From contig JAOAHJ010000016.1 of NCBI GenBank assembly GCA_026415295.1, positions 18,737-82,736 on the forward strand: a stretch of 64,000 nt of DNA. Reading direction: 5' to 3'. The position numbers and the translations under genes are program-made. Shown here piece after piece: positions 60,895 to 64,000 of this stretch; position 1 is the first letter of the stretch, and each line of letters starts with the position of its first letter. Origin of the DNA: Spirochaetota bacterium. GTDB lineage: Bacteria; Spirochaetota; JAAYUW01; JAOAHJ01. The notes beneath the pieces are model-generated. The model was not told the origin of the DNA, searched no databases, and saw nothing but the letters and a program-made list of their open reading frames with translations.

Positions 60895-63585
60895 TTAAAT
60901 ATTTTTATTTTCCAAATATTTAATCAATAACTCTTTAATATCTTCAAAATTAAAAGGTTTAAGCAATAAATAATCAAAACCATACTCTTTATAATTTGAT
61001 AGAACCGGATTAGAAGAATAACCACTTGAAACAACAAAAAATATCTGAGGATATCTCAGTTTAAGAATATTAATTATTTCTGCTCCACCAAGAGAATCTG
61101 GTAAAATTAAATCAAGAATACATATATCTATCTTATTCCTATTTAATATATTAAAAAGTTCAGAATCATTCTTCGATATTAGAATATTAATTTTAAAATA
61201 TCCAAATAATTTTTTAACTGTATTTAATACAACTTCATCATCATCCATAATAGCAATATTTAAATTTTTGAAGTTTAATTTTTCATAAATATTTTCATTA
61301 TCATTTCTCTCTTCTGAAATTATCAATTCTTTTGTTGATGGAAACAAAAGATAAAATATTGCACCATTACTTCCTTCTTTATTTTTAAAATAAATGTAGG
61401 CATCATGGTTTTTACATATTGTTTTTACAGATGATAAGCCAAGCCCACTTCCAAAATTTTTTGTTGTAAAAAATGGATCAAATATTCTATCAGCAAATTC
61501 TTCTTTTATTCCAGGACCTTCATCTTCAACTGAAATTATAATATAGAAATTTTCTTTTATCTTTTCATTATTGAAACTACCTAAATTAGAATAGTTAATA
61601 TTTATTTTAATTTTGCCTTTATTTTCATTAGCTTGAATTGCATTTATAACAATATTATTTAATGCTTGAAAAAATTGATTTTTATCAGCATAAATAAAAT
61701 ATTTCTTAAGCTTTTCCCCATTTTTATTGATTGATTCATTATTAATTATATTTTCTTTATTTATAAGGCTATTTTCAAAATAAATTTCATAACTAACAGG
61801 AGAACCTTTAATTGTAAAATCTATAACAGAGTTTATAACATTTATTGGATCAAAAATTTCTTTAACTGGTTGCCCACTTTTTGCGAAAGCAAGCAATTGA
61901 GAAGTTATTGATTTTGCATGGTTTGTAACATTCAATGTATTTTCTATTAATTCTTTAACTTCATCAATAGTTTCCTCTTTTAAATATAACCTTGCAAGAC
62001 TTAAATTACCACAAATACCAGTAAGAAGATTATTAAAATCATGAGCTATTTTACCTGCAAGTAATCCAACAGATTCAATTTTTTGATATCTTAATATCTC
62101 ATTTTCAGTTCTTCTTTCTTCTGTTATATCCTTAATAATTGCAAGAACATTTCTTTTAATATAACCTTTATAATTTACTTCTATTGGTATTTTGGTAATA
62201 TGGAATAATCTTCTTGTTTTTTGAGAATCTATTATTTCACATTCTCTTTCTTTAATTATTTTACTTTTAAAAACATCTTCATCATCATATGCAAACTCAT
62301 AAAAAATTATAAAATTATCTTTATTTAAATGCTCTAAAATGTTTAAATATTTTTTTGAAAAATTGTAGTTTTCAAAAAATGTTTTATTTAATTTATAAAA
62401 TTTCTTATCCTTTATATATTGAAAAATTGAATTTATATCTTTATTCTTTATTTCATGATATGTTTTTTTTAATTTATTAAAATCAATATTAAAAAAATTT
62501 ATAAATTTTTTATTTACTTCCTCTACTATAAAATTTTCGTTTATAAGATATATAATAAATGGAATAGAATCTATAATTTTTCTTAACCTTTGAACATTAG
62601 TTTCTTTATATATATTTATTTGCTCTTTAGATTTTATAAAAATTATTATAAAAATAAAAATTATTAAAACAAAAAAAATAAAAATAATTAAAAAACTTTT
62701 AAAATTTTCTTTTTCTTTTTCTTCAATAAAAGAATAACCTATCCATTTTTTTTCTAAAGTTTTAAGTATTCCCAATCTTTTTGCCCTTTTTATACCTTTA
62801 TTTATTATTGATAGAAGAACTTTTTCTTCTCTATTTATTCCAAAACAGTTCGACCCCACATAGAGAGGTTCCCCAATAACCTTTACTCTATCTTTAAAAT
62901 TTTTATTATAAATATGAGTCCAAACAACCTGTTCATCGCCAATAACTGCATCAACTTTTTCTTCAACTAGAATATCAACTGCTTCATAAAAATCATTTAC
63001 ATAGATAATTTCACAAATAATATTATTTTTTCTTAAAAATTCTTCTGCAAAATCTCCTCTTTGCATCGCTATCTTTTTATAAAAAAGATCATTTAAATTA
63101 TTAATGTCATACCTATTCTTTGAAACAAAAATATAAGCTGGCACATGAAACACATTTTCCGTAAAATTAAATTTTCTCTCCCTATCTTCAGAATAAAATA
63201 AGGAAGTTATTCCATCATAATTATTATTTAAGACAAGTTCTTGAGCTTCTTTAAAATTGGTCGAAAAAAATTCAATTTCAAAGCCATAATAAGTTGAAAT
63301 CCATGTTAAAAGATCAACCATCATCCCTTTTACATTGTTATTTGAATCTATAAACTCAAAAGGAGCATAATTTTTTTGAGTTACAAATTTTATCTTTTTT
63401 TTATTTCTAATATACTCTTTTTCACTCTTATTTAATGATAAACTATAAAACAGTTCTTTATTATATGAATGTAAAAATTCCTTATTAAAATTTTTTCTAT
63501 TAATATTTAACAAAGTAAATAATAATATTAATATTATAATAAAAAATGGAAAGAAAAGAATTAATAAATATTTTACTCTATTCAT
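60895..63585 (-). CDS. Hybrid sensor histidine kinase: periplasmic solute-binding (SBP family 3-like) domain, TM, PAS-like, HisKA/HATPase, C-terminal receiver
   Basis: N-terminal TM then SBP-like domain (KKKIKFVTQKNYAPFEF...GDEQVVW..). H-box AHDFNNLLTGI, ATPase boxes, C-terminal receiver NIAIMDDDEVVL...DICILDLILPD..K. 896 aa. Confidence 0.75.
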   Translation of the reverse strand: MNRVKYLLILFFPFFIIILILLFTLLNINRKNFNKEFLHSYNKELFYSLSLNKSEKEYIRNKKKIKFVTQKNYAPFEFIDSNNNVKGMMVDLLTWISTYYGFEIEFFSTNFKEAQELVLNNNYDGITSLFYSEDRERKFNFTENVFHVPAYIFVSKNRYDINNLNDLFYKKIAMQRGDFAEEFLRKNNIICEIIYVNDFYEAVDILVEEKVDAVIGDEQVVWTHIYNKNFKDRVKVIGEPLYVGSNCFGINREEKVLLSIINKGIKRAKRLGILKTLEKKWIGYSFIEEKEKENFKSFLIIFIFFVLIIFIFIIIFIKSKEQINIYKETNVQRLRKIIDSIPFIIYLINENFIVEEVNKKFINFFNIDFNKLKKTYHEIKNKDINSIFQYIKDKKFYKLNKTFFENYNFSKKYLNILEHLNKDNFIIFYEFAYDDEDVFKSKIIKERECEIIDSQKTRRLFHITKIPIEVNYKGYIKRNVLAIIKDITEERRTENEILRYQKIESVGLLAGKIAHDFNNLLTGICGNLSLARLYLKEETIDEVKELIENTLNVTNHAKSITSQLLAFAKSGQPVKEIFDPINVINSVIDFTIKGSPVSYEIYFENSLINKENIINNESINKNGEKLKKYFIYADKNQFFQALNNIVINAIQANENKGKIKININYSNLGSFNNEKIKENFYIIISVEDEGPGIKEEFADRIFDPFFTTKNFGSGLGLSSVKTICKNHDAYIYFKNKEGSNGAIFYLLFPSTKELIISEERNDNENIYEKLNFKNLNIAIMDDDEVVLNTVKKLFGYFKINILISKNDSELFNILNRNKIDICILDLILPDSLGGAEIINILKLRYPQIFFVVSSGYSSNPVLSNYKEYGFDYLLLKPFNFEDIKELLIKYLENKNI

Positions 63586-63791
63586 ACAATACTTATTTAA
63601 AATTTAATTAATAGACTTAACCAAATAATTTTAAAATAATTAGGTTAAGTTTTGTTAATTATCGAATAAAATATTAAAAAATATTCGGACAAAAATCTAA
63701 ATATAAAATGTAAAATTAAATCTAATATTTAATTATATATTTAATCTTAAATTAATTTTTCTAATTTTACAAACAATTTTTCAAACAAATG

Positions 63792-64000
63792 TTATGTTTT
63801 ATATTTTAATTTTCCATTTTTAAATTCTTCATACCTTGCAAGAATATATAATAGATCAGAAAGTCTATTTACATAAGATATAATATTTGAGTCTACTTTT
63901 TCTTCTTTACTTAGTTTAACAATTAATCTTTCTGCTCTTCTAGCAATAGTTCTACAAATATCAAGCTTTGCAGATCCAACAGTACTACCTGGTATTACAA
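63792..64000 (-). CDS. PduO-type ATP:cob(I)alamin adenosyltransferase, C-terminal part (partial, N-terminus beyond window)
   Basis: Reverse translation ...VIPGSTVGSAKLDICRTIARRAERLIVKLSKEE...ARYEEFKNGKLKYKT* contains the LD(I/L)CR(T/A)(I/V)ARRAER signature; stop at 63792-63794. Confidence 0.6.
   Translation of the reverse strand, partial: VIPGSTVGSAKLDICRTIARRAERLIVKLSKEEKVDSNIISYVNRLSDLLYILARYEEFKNGKLKYKT

Noticed and set aside
1-64000. CRISPR arrays, tRNA/rRNA genes, IS elements, integrases, phage genes, toxin-antitoxin or defence cassettes
   Set aside because: Looked for periodic direct repeats, GTTCGAATC-type T-loops, DDE/tyrosine-recombinase motifs, nuclease/helicase/RT pairs. None seen; the window appears to be core chromosome.

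Overview
This 64-kb window comes from an extremely AT-rich bacterial chromosome. By eye GC is roughly 20-25%, and the proteins are dominated by K, N, I, F and Y. It is densely coding, with about 55 CDS, many short overlaps and several long co-directional gene arrays. I found no rRNA, tRNA, CRISPR array, transposase, integrase or phage gene.

Main content, in order:
- Housekeeping genes: leuS (runs off the window start), tkt, glnA.
- A complete rod-shape cluster mreB-mreC-mreD-mrdA(PBP2)-rodA, followed by an 828-aa radical-SAM protein with a DUF2344-like C-terminus (TIGR03960/TIGR03936-type).
- A 10-gene minus-strand array: moxR, DUF58, a membrane protein, batA/batB (vWA), batC (TPR), batD, batE. 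batE overlaps by 1 nt a TPR-sensor histidine kinase and an OmpR-type regulator.
- A split CheB: a methylesterase-only protein plus a stand-alone receiver, next to a B12-binding radical-SAM gene and a 2H phosphoesterase gene (ThpR).
- An orphan MCP and a STAS protein.
- A putative outer-membrane barrel plus a secreted protein with a GHL (DUF4015-like) TIM-barrel domain.
- A rubrerythrin-like gene, then NuoE-like and NuoF-like genes, then a 1067-aa fusion: HydA/NuoG-type N-terminal Fe-S module, GltD-type NADPH flavoprotein, extra 4Fe-4S clusters and a ~350-aa low-complexity tail. This looks like an Stn/Nfn-type electron-bifurcating oxidoreductase.
- A TGS plus uridine-kinase-family kinase.
- A DRTGG / DUF4416-like / SPFH trio.
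- A three-protein His-kinase relay, including a hybrid kinase with a periplasmic solute-binding domain.
- A partial PduO-type corrinoid adenosyltransferase at the right edge.

The strongest non-coding signal is a ~190-nt GC-rich, stem-rich island (55771-55960) inside a 540-bp divergent intergenic gap. I read it as a candidate structured ncRNA of unknown class. All functional calls rest on motifs visible in the six-frame translations; no database search was possible.
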